From Promethearchaeota archaeon (GTDB lineage Archaea; Asgardarchaeota; Lokiarchaeia; Sigyniarchaeales; SOKP01): DNA of 64,000 bases. Made by a program: the position numbers and the translations under genes. Position 1 is the first letter of the stretch; each line of letters opens with the position of its first letter. Positions 38,511 to 48,604 of this stretch are shown here, piece after piece. The stretch spans positions 38,365-102,364 of the forward strand of contig JAEOTR010000062.1 of NCBI GenBank assembly GCA_016839705.1, given 5' to 3'. Under the pieces are notes generated by a model that saw only the letters and a program-made list of their open reading frames with translations, was not told the origin of the DNA and did no database searches.

Positions 38511-39800
38511 ATGGTAAAAATAAGTTCTGAATATCAAAAACTCACTCCTCTTTGGATCTCAGTCTTTGTGGACATTCTTGGGTTTAGCATAATATTACCC
38601 TTTCTACCATTTTTTATTGCAGATTTTAATACTTCACCTATCGTGATAGGATTCCTTTTAAGTTCGAACGCTATTTTTGGATTCTTTTTTGGACCAATTT
38701 TAGGTAAACTAAGTGATAAATATGGAAGGAAACCTTTTATGCTAATTTCTCAAGCGGGGACCTTAGTGGGATTCATAATATTGATTTTTGCGAATAATCT
38801 TATTGTATTATTTATCGCGAGAGTGGTAGATGGGATATTTAGCGGACAGTTTCCGATATCTAAAGCAATAATTGGTGATGTTGTCCCTCCTAAAGAACGA
38901 CCAAAACAAATGACAAATATAGGAGTTGCATTTACTCTTGCATTTTTAATTGGACCTGCTATTGGTGGATTTTTATCTCCATTTGGAATAATGGGCCCGG
39001 GTATTGTAGCAAGTATATTAGCGGGATTTACTTTTGTTTTTACGGCATACTATCTGAAGGAGACACTGCCTATTAAGGTAGGCATTCAACATTGGGCTAA
39101 ATTTGAGCTGAATTCTCAATCGACTGAAACTGATAGTATTATTACTAAGGAATTGAAAACGAAAAAATCATCGATTTGGAGAAATGAACGGACTATAATA
39201 CTCTTAATCCAATATAGCATTCTTGTAGTAGCAGCAGGTATTTTTCAAACTACCTTTAGTTTATTCGGAGGACTTCGTTTAGGATTAAATGCTCAAACAA
39301 TTGGAATTCTTCTCTCTTTAATGGGTGTCTTTCAATTAATCTTCCGGACTTTATTCTTTAATAGAATTCGGCAAGGTTTGGGAGACCCTAAAACAGCTAT
39401 GCTGGGCTTGGGTAGTTATATTATCTCTTATTTGTTATTAGCTTTTGTATCCCAAACATGGCAATTAGTCTTAGTTTTGTTCTATATCAGTTTTTCTGGA
39501 GCTACTTCAAGGGGAATAACAATTGGCTTTACTAGTCGTTCAGTTGATTATCTGAACCAAGGAAAGATAATGGGTATCACTTCATCCATCGATAATATAT
39601 CGCAAATACTTGGACCGATATTAGGTGGATTTTTACTCTCATTGACAGGGAATCTTCCATTCGCCTTGATGTTAAGCGGTTTAAGTATCTTACCTTTTAT
39701 AATAAGTTTTCAAGTATTGAAATTTGGTTATGATAATAGAACACATGATAAAAAGAGTAAAATTCCTCAAGTTATAATCGAAGCTCAAACTGAAAAATAA
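38511..39800 (+). CDS. MFS transporter, TetA/DHA1-like exporter
   Basis: DILGFSIILP, GKLSDKYGRKP, ARVVDG, IGPAIGG. Confidence 0.92.
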   Translation: MVKISSEYQKLTPLWISVFVDILGFSIILPFLPFFIADFNTSPIVIGFLLSSNAIFGFFFGPILGKLSDKYGRKPFMLISQAGTLVGFIILIFANNLIVLFIARVVDGIFSGQFPISKAIIGDVVPPKERPKQMTNIGVAFTLAFLIGPAIGGFLSPFGIMGPGIVASILAGFTFVFTAYYLKETLPIKVGIQHWAKFELNSQSTETDSIITKELKTKKSSIWRNERTIILLIQYSILVVAAGIFQTTFSLFGGLRLGLNAQTIGILLSLMGVFQLIFRTLFFNRIRQGLGDPKTAMLGLGSYIISYLLLAFVSQTWQLVLVLFYISFSGATSRGITIGFTSRSVDYLNQGKIMGITSSIDNISQILGPILGGFLLSLTGNLPFALMLSGLSILPFIISFQVLKFGYDNRTHDKKSKIPQVIIEAQTEK

Positions 39801-39969
39801 TAATTTTCTTTTTTTTTTATATCATCCCACTTATTAAGTTTGAAATATGATAATTTGAGAGAGTTTGCCATATAGAATATACTCAATTAGTCTTATGAAT
39901 TATTAATAAAAACTATTTAAAATGGGTATAAATAAGCTTATCAGAAGTGATATGAAAATAAGAATTTAA

Positions 39970-40986
39970 TTGAATAATATGATTTTACCACAAGAAAGTA
40001 GAACTTACATTTCCAATGATATAGAAATATGCAGAATTATAAACGGTATGTGGCAAATTTCTGGAGCACATGGACCTATTAATATGGAAAAAGCTTTGGA
40101 AGCCATGGGTGATTTTACAGATAACGGATTCATTACATGGGATTTAGCTGATCATTATGGTCCAGCTGAAGATTTTGTAAAGTATTTTAGAAAACTAAGA
40201 AGAAAAGAACATCAGGAACCTAATCTTAGATTTTTTACAAAATGGGTTCCAAATCCACAACCAATATCAAAGGAGATCGTGAGGAAAGCTATAGATCTTT
40301 CAAGAAGAAGAATGGATATGAATGTTTTAGATATGGTTCAATTTCACTGGTGGGATTATCAGGATAAAAATTACATAAATGCGATTGAATATCTTGAAGA
40401 ATTAAGAGAAGAAGGAATAATATTGAGTCTGGGATTAACCAATTTTGATTCATTACACGTCGAAGAGCTCTGTGAAATGGGCATCAAAATCATTACAAAT
40501 CAAGTTCAATATTCAATAATAGATAGAAGACCCGAAAAGTTTATGACACAGGTTTGTCAAAAATATGGTATAAAATTATTTGCCTATGGTACACTATGTG
40601 GAGGGCTTCTCTCAGAAAAATATCTAGGAAAATCTGAACCTTACAGATCTGATTTAAATACAGCTTCTCTCAATAAATATAAGAATATGATTAATCGATG
40701 GGGAAACTGGGATCTATTTCAAGAATTATTATCTACTCTTAATCATATAGCAAAAAAATATGGTGTTAGTATTTCGAATATTGCAGTTCGATATATATTA
40801 GAAAATCCGATAATAGCTGGAGCGATTATTGGTGTTCGACTCGGTGTTTCCGAACATTTAGTCGAGAATTCAAAAGTTTTTAACTTCTCACTGGAAAGAT
40901 CCGATTTGGATGAAATTGAAAAAGTTTCATCCAAAGCTAATAATCTTCTTGAAATAATTGGAGACTGTGGAGATGAATATAGATAA
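39970..40986 (+). CDS. Aldo/keto reductase
   Basis: RIINGMWQISG, WDLADHYGPAE, QFHWWDY, GLTNFD, NQVQYS, AYGTLCGG, GDCGDEYR. Confidence 0.92.
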   Translation: MNNMILPQESRTYISNDIEICRIINGMWQISGAHGPINMEKALEAMGDFTDNGFITWDLADHYGPAEDFVKYFRKLRRKEHQEPNLRFFTKWVPNPQPISKEIVRKAIDLSRRRMDMNVLDMVQFHWWDYQDKNYINAIEYLEELREEGIILSLGLTNFDSLHVEELCEMGIKIITNQVQYSIIDRRPEKFMTQVCQKYGIKLFAYGTLCGGLLSEKYLGKSEPYRSDLNTASLNKYKNMINRWGNWDLFQELLSTLNHIAKKYGVSISNIAVRYILENPIIAGAIIGVRLGVSEHLVENSKVFNFSLERSDLDEIEKVSSKANNLLEIIGDCGDEYR

Positions 40987-41160
40987 TCAAATACCCCTTG
41001 TCAGTAACGTGGAAGCTCTCAATAAATCCTAATTTATATATTTAAGCAGTTCTATTACCTTTTTAGAAATAATAACATTTAGTCACCAACTGATGCTGTA
41101 TTTTATAAATTATTATGTAAAATGTCTTTAATTCTTTTTAATTTTGATTATTGAGTAATT

Positions 41161-42147
41161 ATGATACGGAATCAATGGTATGCCGTTCTGGAATCTAATG
41201 AAGTTCCAAAAAGTAAACTAATTGGAGTAATAAGACTTGGAGAAAAATTAGTCTTTTGGCGAAATAAAAATGGAGAATTAATATGTCTAAGAGATAAATG
41301 TGCTCATCGAGGGGCGAAGCTTAGTATCGGAAAAATTTGTGCTAATGGAGATAAGGTGGAATGTCCATTCCATGGGCTAAGATACGATAAATCAGGTCAG
41401 TGTACTTTAATACCCGCAAACGGTAAAAACACTCCAGTGCCAGAACGGTTTAAAGTGGTATCTTACCCAACAAGAGAAAAACACAATTTTATATGGATTT
41501 GGTGGGGAGAACCTCAATTTGAATATCCTCCTATACCATTTTTTGCAAATATTGATAATAAATTTTCTTATAATACTCATACTGAAGTATGGCCGGTTCA
41601 TTATTCTCGAGCAATCGAAAATCAACTTGATGTTGTTCATTTACCTTTTGTCCATCATAATACAATTGGGCGAGGCTATCAAACACTTGTACATGGACCT
41701 TTAGTGGAACCTTCTGAGGATGGAAATGAGTTCAACTTCTGGGTATATAATCAAAAAGATGATGGAAAGACTAAGCCTTTAAAACCTGAAGAATTTACTA
41801 ATGAAATGAAAATCTTTCATCTTGAATTTAAATTTCCACATATATGGCAGAATTATCTTGGGGAAAAAGTTCGGATATTTATAGCTTTTGTTCCAATAGA
41901 TGAAACACACACGAAGTTTTATATGAGATTTTATCAAAAATTTATAAGGATCCCTATTTTAAAATCAATTATTAATTGGTTTGCTAATAAATTTAATCTC
42001 ATTATCCTACATCAAGATAGAAAGGTTGTTCTAACACAGCAACCAATTAAATCTCAATTAAAAATGGGAGAAAAGCTCATTCAAGGTGATAATCCCATTG
42101 TATATTACCGGCGTAGAAGAGAAGAATTAATATTAAATAACAATTAA
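41161..42147 (+). CDS. Rieske non-heme iron oxygenase, alpha subunit (VanA/CAO/PAO-like)
   Basis: CAH...CPFHG Rieske motif; ENQLDVVHLPFVH mononuclear Fe motif; late HQD Asp ligand. Confidence 0.92.
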   Translation: MIRNQWYAVLESNEVPKSKLIGVIRLGEKLVFWRNKNGELICLRDKCAHRGAKLSIGKICANGDKVECPFHGLRYDKSGQCTLIPANGKNTPVPERFKVVSYPTREKHNFIWIWWGEPQFEYPPIPFFANIDNKFSYNTHTEVWPVHYSRAIENQLDVVHLPFVHHNTIGRGYQTLVHGPLVEPSEDGNEFNFWVYNQKDDGKTKPLKPEEFTNEMKIFHLEFKFPHIWQNYLGEKVRIFIAFVPIDETHTKFYMRFYQKFIRIPILKSIINWFANKFNLIILHQDRKVVLTQQPIKSQLKMGEKLIQGDNPIVYYRRRREELILNNN

Positions 42148-42218
42148 TTACCATTTAGTTTTATAACTATAAATTTTAATTAAGCTTTCAGCATCATATA
42201 GAACGTTTGACATTGAAT

Positions 42219-42761
42219 TTATTTCTTTTTACTTCTATATACGGAAAGAATACCAATGATAATATCGCAAGAAATTACACCAAACAACAAAATCCATTTG
42301 ATTAGTGCGAATACTGAATGAGAAATAGCCCATGAATTAGGAAATCCAGTAGAATCTGTTAGCATAGCTAAAATAAATATATTTTCAATTCCGTCGCAAC
42401 ATGCTGCTATTACTCCAGAGATTGCTAAAAGAAGACTAATATGTCCTATTCTAGATGGTATTCCATACCTTCTCGCTATTAACACAGATAAACTAAAAAG
42501 AATCAACCCATAACCCACCATAAATATGTAATCCAGAGATGGAGCAATTCGGTATAATTCAATATTCGTCACTGCATAATATGATTTCATTAGTTCTCCA
42601 CTAAAACTTAGTTGACTTGAAAAAATTTGTGCGGGATATCCAGATAAATCGGTGTAAAACTGCATTACAGGTATCACAATAATACATAAAATAAAACCTA
42701 AAATTATCAGAAATTTCAACTTTCTTGCTGATGGACTTTTAGAAAAATTTTCAAATTTCAT
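42219..42761 (-). CDS. Membrane protein
   Basis: 4 TM helices, LDYIFMVGY, DGIEN, K-W motifs. Confidence 0.7.
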   Translation of the reverse strand: MKFENFSKSPSARKLKFLIILGFILCIIVIPVMQFYTDLSGYPAQIFSSQLSFSGELMKSYYAVTNIELYRIAPSLDYIFMVGYGLILFSLSVLIARRYGIPSRIGHISLLLAISGVIAACCDGIENIFILAMLTDSTGFPNSWAISHSVFALIKWILLFGVISCDIIIGILSVYRSKKK

Positions 42762-42783
42762 ATTGTAAATAAAATTTGTTCCT

Positions 42784-43629
42784 TTAAGAGATTTTAATTA
42801 TTTTTCGTTCCATAACCATCGTTTCTAAATCAATTAAAACGTAGATTAAGGAGTCATCATCTTGTTGAGATTGTCCCGGTTGAATAGATATCGTATTGTC
42901 TATTTGGGCATGCCATTTACCTGAAACATTGGGAGATTCGTGAATATGCCCATGAAGTGAAAGTTTCGGTTGACGTTCTTTCAGAAACGCATATTCTGCC
43001 TTTGATCCCACTTTTTGACTATTATAGATTACATCAAGATCTATATTAGCAGGCGGATTATGAAAAATATAAATTGTGTTGTTCATATCAGAAGGTTTTA
43101 CTAAATTCTTAATCTCATCTTCGATTGTGGGGAGATTCTCAACATATGAGAACCAATCTTCAAGTCGTTTAAATCCATTTGGAGTCGAAAGATATTGCTT
43201 CCCAATTTGTTTAGGAAACTCAAAATCTACAGAATCTTTACGTGCTCTATCTTTTAGCCCAAAAGGTAAGTCTGAAACCCAATTCATACCTATAAACTCA
43301 TATTCACTACCCTCAATTCGGAACCTTTTTTGAGCCATATTAGCGACATAAGAATATTTGTCGCACGTTTGCTGAAATAAGTCGTCAAATATTCTCAAAT
43401 CGTCATTTCCCAAAAGACCTAAATAATATATTCCCATTGATTCAAATCTCGAAAAATACTCATCAAGAAATCCAGTGATAAACTTATCTTGATGTAATAA
43501 ATTTCCTTTAAAGGGGAGCATATCGCCACCATTAATTACCACATCTGGCTTTAATGATGATGCTATCTGGAGAATTTCATTATGCTTCCACTCAATCCCA
43601 TGTATATCAGTGACATACAATAGTTTCAT
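42784..43629 (-). CDS. Metallophosphoesterase (Icc-like)
   Basis: TDIHG, GGD, GNDD, HNPP, LHGHIHE. Confidence 0.9.
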   Translation of the reverse strand: MKLLYVTDIHGIEWKHNEILQIASSLKPDVVINGGDMLPFKGNLLHQDKFITGFLDEYFSRFESMGIYYLGLLGNDDLRIFDDLFQQTCDKYSYVANMAQKRFRIEGSEYEFIGMNWVSDLPFGLKDRARKDSVDFEFPKQIGKQYLSTPNGFKRLEDWFSYVENLPTIEDEIKNLVKPSDMNNTIYIFHNPPANIDLDVIYNSQKVGSKAEYAFLKERQPKLSLHGHIHESPNVSGKWHAQIDNTISIQPGQSQQDDDSLIYVLIDLETMVMERKIIKIS

Positions 43630-43717
43630 AATTATTATAGAATTTTAATAATAATGTATTTAAAATAAAATTAAAACTTACAAGTTCTAATATGTTACGT
43701 TCAAAATTTTACATAAG

Positions 43718-44179
43718 GTGAAAGTCATATTAAATATTCAGGATAAAGATACAATCCTTCACCTCGCAGCAGATTTAGACAACGATTTGGAAAAAAAAGA
43801 TATTACTAAATTATTATACTATTTTTCTGAAGATTGCGAAATCGAATTACTCGGTTTAACATTGAAATCCCACTCTGGGGTAAAAAAATGGCTAAAATGG
43901 TTCTTCCAATTCTTTGAATCAATTAAATTTGAACCAATTGTAATCATAGCTGATAATAATACTTTTTTCGAAGAATTCTTCATCCATGGGATTACTAAAA
44001 ATAATGATAAATTAAACATTAAAGTCTCAGAAGTGTTAATTTATGAAAATTACAAAATAAAAAGCTTGCGATTATATTTCGATAGACTATTATTTGCGGA
44101 TGCGGCTATCACTGGGTTCTTAAGCAAAAAAATTGTTAACCTCATTAAGAAGAAATCGATAGAAGGCTTAGTTGCCTAA
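43718..44179 (+). CDS. SnoaL/NTF2-like protein
   Basis: LLYYFSEDCEI...KIKSLRLYFD. Confidence 0.75.
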   Translation: MKVILNIQDKDTILHLAADLDNDLEKKDITKLLYYFSEDCEIELLGLTLKSHSGVKKWLKWFFQFFESIKFEPIVIIADNNTFFEEFFIHGITKNNDKLNIKVSEVLIYENYKIKSLRLYFDRLLFADAAITGFLSKKIVNLIKKKSIEGLVA

Positions 44180-44199
44180 TAATTATTACCAATTATTTA

Positions 44200-46065
44200 C
44201 TAATCAATTAATTGTAAATTTTCTAATATTTCAAGCTTTCTCAATTTTATACTATCAAAACTTATTTGTTGTTCAAAGAAGAAATCAAAAGGATCTTTGA
44301 GGTCTCTTAGTAATTCTTTAGAGTAGAGATGTTCATAAAAGTATGCTCCTCTTTTAGTTAAGTTAAGAAATCCTTTTTCTGATAGGAATAAGAATTTCTC
44401 ATCCATTAAGTCATTTATCACTGAAACTACACCTTTCTGCTTAAACAAATATAACCCAAAATAAGCAAACTCAGTGTAAACCTCTTCACCTTGTTTCAAA
44501 GATTTTTGAAAATATTCCGATAATTGTTCTGGTGTGAATTTCAAATCTAAATTATCATTATAAACAGAGAGTATCCACTTAATTATGTATTCTCTAAAAT
44601 TTCTTTCATATTTCATTTGGAATTTCTCAAATTCAATTTCTTCTTCTTTCGAGGTAATTAAATCACGAATAATTTCAATAACTTCTTTAAATATGAGAAA
44701 ACATACAAAAATTGCGATAATTGGATCACAATAATGAAAAAACGTTACCCCGAGAGACGTACCAAGATTGGATAAAAGGGCACCTAAAATGATACTGAAT
44801 GATAATATAATATTTACTTTTGAATCTATTGCACTCGCGATTAGTGAAGAGTTCCTATTTTTTTTCCCTACAAAATTCTTCAAAATACGCATGTAGGTAT
44901 TTAAAAATATCGATAATAGAGCAATTACTACGATATATATTACATTGGAAATGGGATCAGGACCTTCAAATAAAGAAGTAATTGAATTTAGTAAAATTGA
45001 CCCTCCCGTAAAAGCCATTAAGCTTATAATGATTATATTTACCAATCTTTCTTTTTTAAATTTAATACCTATTATAATTAAAATTATAGCGATACAATCA
45101 AGTAAATTTTCGAACCCTTCTGCGAATAATGATTCTGAATTGAAAAATCCTATAAGGATTTTAAGAAGGCTCAGAATAATTAACCCTGTAAAAGACCTTA
45201 TCAAGACACTATTACTATTTAAAATTTTCTTGAATTTCCTCAATTGAGTGTCCAATATTTCATTCCATCGTTTCCCCTCTTGCCTACCTAACTCGTTCAG
45301 GCAAACTTCATTATCTATGATATCGGCAAACCCAAGAGCACAAAGATAATATATGCTAGATTTTGCTGTTTTATCATCAAAATGCACGTTTTCTATAAAA
45401 ATGTTAAAAATTCCATTAATTTGCTTTTTTAATTCCAAAAAATTTATACGATTATCCTCTATCTTTCCTAAATAATATAATGCAGCATATTCTACCCTAC
45501 TAATAGGAAAAACTTCGTATTTTCTTCTATGAAACCCAACCGCGGCTATTCTAATTAAAGAATTTATTGTTAGTAAAATCATAAAAATTAAAGAAAGATA
45601 AAAAATAAAACTAAATTCTATAAAAAGAATGGTTAGATTAACAGTTTGAAGGAATATGTACAATAATATGTAAAAATAAGCAAATGTAAAATAAAAACTA
45701 ATTAAACCCCGATATATTTCTTTAACGTGAAACTGTTTGAAAATAATATTAAAACCACTTGTTAAATAATGTCCTACAAAAAAAAGCGACATTGTTGTTA
45801 AAGAAAAGCTCCAAAGAAAACTTCCTGTTATTATAAATTCTATTACCATTAATGCTGTGGAGAATGTGAAATAGAAAGAAAGGACTTTTTTGGTATCTAA
45901 TTCCCAATTAAATTTATGGGTAAGAACATGCGCATAATTTAATAGTACTCCTATGCAGATTAAGAAACTCCAATAGATTGTTGTAAATAGCAAAAATTCT
46001 ATTAAAAATAGTGAAATTAAGATTATTACTAACACTATGCCAATTACAACGTAACGCCATTTCAT
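44200..46065 (-). CDS. Membrane protein with atypical cation-efflux (CDF) domain and wHTH-like inserts
   Basis: LKILIGFFNSESLFAEGFENLLD...SSLIASAIDS...DPIIAIFV CDF pattern; two LTKRG/LNELG wing-like segments. Confidence 0.6.
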   Translation of the reverse strand: MKWRYVVIGIVLVIILISLFLIEFLLFTTIYWSFLICIGVLLNYAHVLTHKFNWELDTKKVLSFYFTFSTALMVIEFIITGSFLWSFSLTTMSLFFVGHYLTSGFNIIFKQFHVKEIYRGLISFYFTFAYFYILLYIFLQTVNLTILFIEFSFIFYLSLIFMILLTINSLIRIAAVGFHRRKYEVFPISRVEYAALYYLGKIEDNRINFLELKKQINGIFNIFIENVHFDDKTAKSSIYYLCALGFADIIDNEVCLNELGRQEGKRWNEILDTQLRKFKKILNSNSVLIRSFTGLIILSLLKILIGFFNSESLFAEGFENLLDCIAIILIIIGIKFKKERLVNIIIISLMAFTGGSILLNSITSLFEGPDPISNVIYIVVIALLSIFLNTYMRILKNFVGKKNRNSSLIASAIDSKVNIILSFSIILGALLSNLGTSLGVTFFHYCDPIIAIFVCFLIFKEVIEIIRDLITSKEEEIEFEKFQMKYERNFREYIIKWILSVYNDNLDLKFTPEQLSEYFQKSLKQGEEVYTEFAYFGLYLFKQKGVVSVINDLMDEKFLFLSEKGFLNLTKRGAYFYEHLYSKELLRDLKDPFDFFFEQQISFDSIKLRKLEILENLQLID

Positions 46066-46303
46066 GTTTTTACCATTATTACTAAAAGTAAGTTTGATTT
46101 GACTCTATTGTATATAATAATTCAGTAGATTTTATGTTGTTAAATATTTTATTGTATTTCTAGCTAAAATTTCATAAGTTACACATCTCAGTAATAACCA
46201 TTTTTGAAACTTAAGAATATAAGTTTTAGGATACAACATTTATAGTGTAGTTATAAAAATTCCAAGAAATTGTATTCCAAACTTTTTTAACACTAAATTT
46301 GAA

Positions 46304-46558
46304 TTATGACTTGACAGCAATCGCTATCACTCTTCTATTTAAAGGTCCTCCTCCTCAAGGAGGTTTAAAAATAAATGGATATGGGAAAAATATATCTTCA
46401 TCATAACAACCTCTTGTTGCTTAGATTTCTATCAGTTATTTTTTTTGTTTGCTTGCGATCTCATAATTTATAATTGAATCTTTAAATTTATTTTGGGTTT
46501 GTAGATGATGCCCTTTTTTAATAATAGAAGAAACCATATTAACCGCAGATTGAATGCT
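46304..46558 (-). pseudogene. Decayed ORF remnant
   Basis: One frame ...YEIASKQKK*LIEI*ATRGCYDEDIFFPYPFIFKPP*GGGPLNRRVIAIAVKS* with three internal stops. Confidence 0.35.
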
Positions 46559-46664
46559 TTATCACCTCTCGCAGTTATATTTATTACTCATTCCACTTTC
46601 AATCCCGTACCCATTAGTCCAGATGTTTTTGAATTGTTTGATTGCGCTAAATCCGCTTAACCAT

Positions 46665-48452
46665 CTAATTTCTATTAGACGTTTTTGTATCTAAAGAACT
46701 TGTAATTGACGGAAACATCTTGTTAAATATAAAAATGGCAATATAAAAACCGATTAAAAGAACAAAAGGAATCATAACTAACAAAAATTTAACTCCTAGG
46801 ATTGAATTAATAATAATCGTAAAAACTAAGATACAAAAATAAATAGAATATTCTATGAAAAGAATTAGTATCCATTTAAGTGTTCTCCTTTCCGGAAACA
46901 CTTCCTCTATAACATAATGATGTTTCAATTTACCAAAAAAGTAAACTCTCAAATCAATCATTAAAAAGAGAAACATTAGCACAAATGGTAATGCCCCAAC
47001 CGAATTTATTATTGAAGTAAGAAATTTTGAACTATTTATATATATCAAATTAGGTAATAGGACTGTAATTATTTGAATTGAAAACATTAAAAACAATTTT
47101 GCTTTAGCTTGATCTCGAGGAATAAGAGGCATTGATGAGATAATTGAATTTCCTGTATCTTCAATATTAAACAAACTGTACACAAGCATACCTGAAATAA
47201 TGATGTTGAAACCCAAAATTGCGACCCAATTGTATATAAAATCTATATCTAAGGGAGTTCTCCCTCTAATACTACTTAAGTTATAAGTAAACATGAAAAG
47301 AAAACTTAGTATAATTGGCATTATTAAAGACAAAAAAGTTTTAAGGTCTCGAGTGGCTATTAATAAATCTTTGTGTAAATATACTCGAATTGGTTTTCTA
47401 GTTTTAATCGTTATAGGTATAATCTTTTTACCAATATCTTGAATTGAATCTATATTACTTGTTTTAGACTTTGGAATGTAAATCTTTTTTATTGATTTAT
47501 TATAAATCCACCAGATTAGAATTATAAAAAGTCCAGATCCTACGACTATATTAAACCAAATATGTGAAGGAATACGATTTGGGGCAATCATTGATGAAAT
47601 TAAGTAGCTTGGAGCAATAGGAAATGGAATCATACTAATTATTAGAATTAAGAGCCGTGGATAAATAAATTGTTCAAACCAATTAAAAAACATACCCAGT
47701 GAACTAAATGCCCATTGAATCAAGAAGATACTTGCAATAACAATAATTATATACAGAATCATATTATAAATTCGAATATTATGTGTTTTTTTTGATCCAA
47801 TTTCATTTATATTCAAACTATTGGTAAGTTTTTCACCATATATGATAACTATACTAAAGCAAAAGATGGTATTTAATATCGAAACACCAAGACATACAAG
47901 AAAAATTATTAAATTTTGAGTTCCAATCAGCATAACTAAAGGTAGACTAAAAGTTATAACTAAGAGTTGTATGCCTGAACTACGTATAATTGTTAAAAGA
48001 AGCAATTTTCTTATTTTATCGCGTGATATAGGTAAGGTTTCATACCATTCAAAAATTCTACCAGACATTATCCTTGTAATATTTAATGTGGACATAAGAA
48101 AAAAGTTCAAGAAGAGGAGTAAAAAATATAATCCGACTATTAAACTACCTCCTAATAAAATGATTTCTATTAAACTTGAATTATTTATAATATGATCCAG
48201 AATCTGGAAATAGGTTAAGAGGGGAATAATAGGCAGGATTCCGAATATAAAAGCTCCAAGAATTTTACTTGTTATTAGCTTTCTTTTTAGTGTTTTTTGA
48301 TTTGAACTATATATTTTAAATGAACGATACCGAGATTCACCAAGATAATCAAGTTGTTCTTCTACTAATATTTCACGAGTCGTAAGTTTTGCTAACGATA
48401 ATAAATTTAGTTCTTCATCATTATTATGAAAAGACTTTTTTTTAAACAACAT
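46665..48452 (-). CDS. Putative ABC-2-type exporter permease (two-repeat, about 12-14 TM)
   Basis: ETLPIS and SSMPLIPRD motifs, KDLLIATRD; divergent from the ABC ATPase fusion. Confidence 0.7.
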   Translation of the reverse strand: MLFKKKSFHNNDEELNLLSLAKLTTREILVEEQLDYLGESRYRSFKIYSSNQKTLKRKLITSKILGAFIFGILPIIPLLTYFQILDHIINNSSLIEIILLGGSLIVGLYFLLLFLNFFLMSTLNITRIMSGRIFEWYETLPISRDKIRKLLLLTIIRSSGIQLLVITFSLPLVMLIGTQNLIIFLVCLGVSILNTIFCFSIVIIYGEKLTNSLNINEIGSKKTHNIRIYNMILYIIIVIASIFLIQWAFSSLGMFFNWFEQFIYPRLLILIISMIPFPIAPSYLISSMIAPNRIPSHIWFNIVVGSGLFIILIWWIYNKSIKKIYIPKSKTSNIDSIQDIGKKIIPITIKTRKPIRVYLHKDLLIATRDLKTFLSLIMPIILSFLFMFTYNLSSIRGRTPLDIDFIYNWVAILGFNIIISGMLVYSLFNIEDTGNSIISSMPLIPRDQAKAKLFLMFSIQIITVLLPNLIYINSSKFLTSIINSVGALPFVLMFLFLMIDLRVYFFGKLKHHYVIEEVFPERRTLKWILILFIEYSIYFCILVFTIIINSILGVKFLLVMIPFVLLIGFYIAIFIFNKMFPSITSSLDTKTSNRN

Positions 48453-48604
48453 GGCAATTTATCTTTTAATTATAAGATACTTATTCAGTAATTCGGACAA
48501 CTATGTGTCTCTAATTAGGCGTAAAAATCATAAATATTAAATACGAAATTAACCATATTTCTTCTACATTATTGTATAGATTTAAATTTTTGTATGAAAT
48601 TAAA

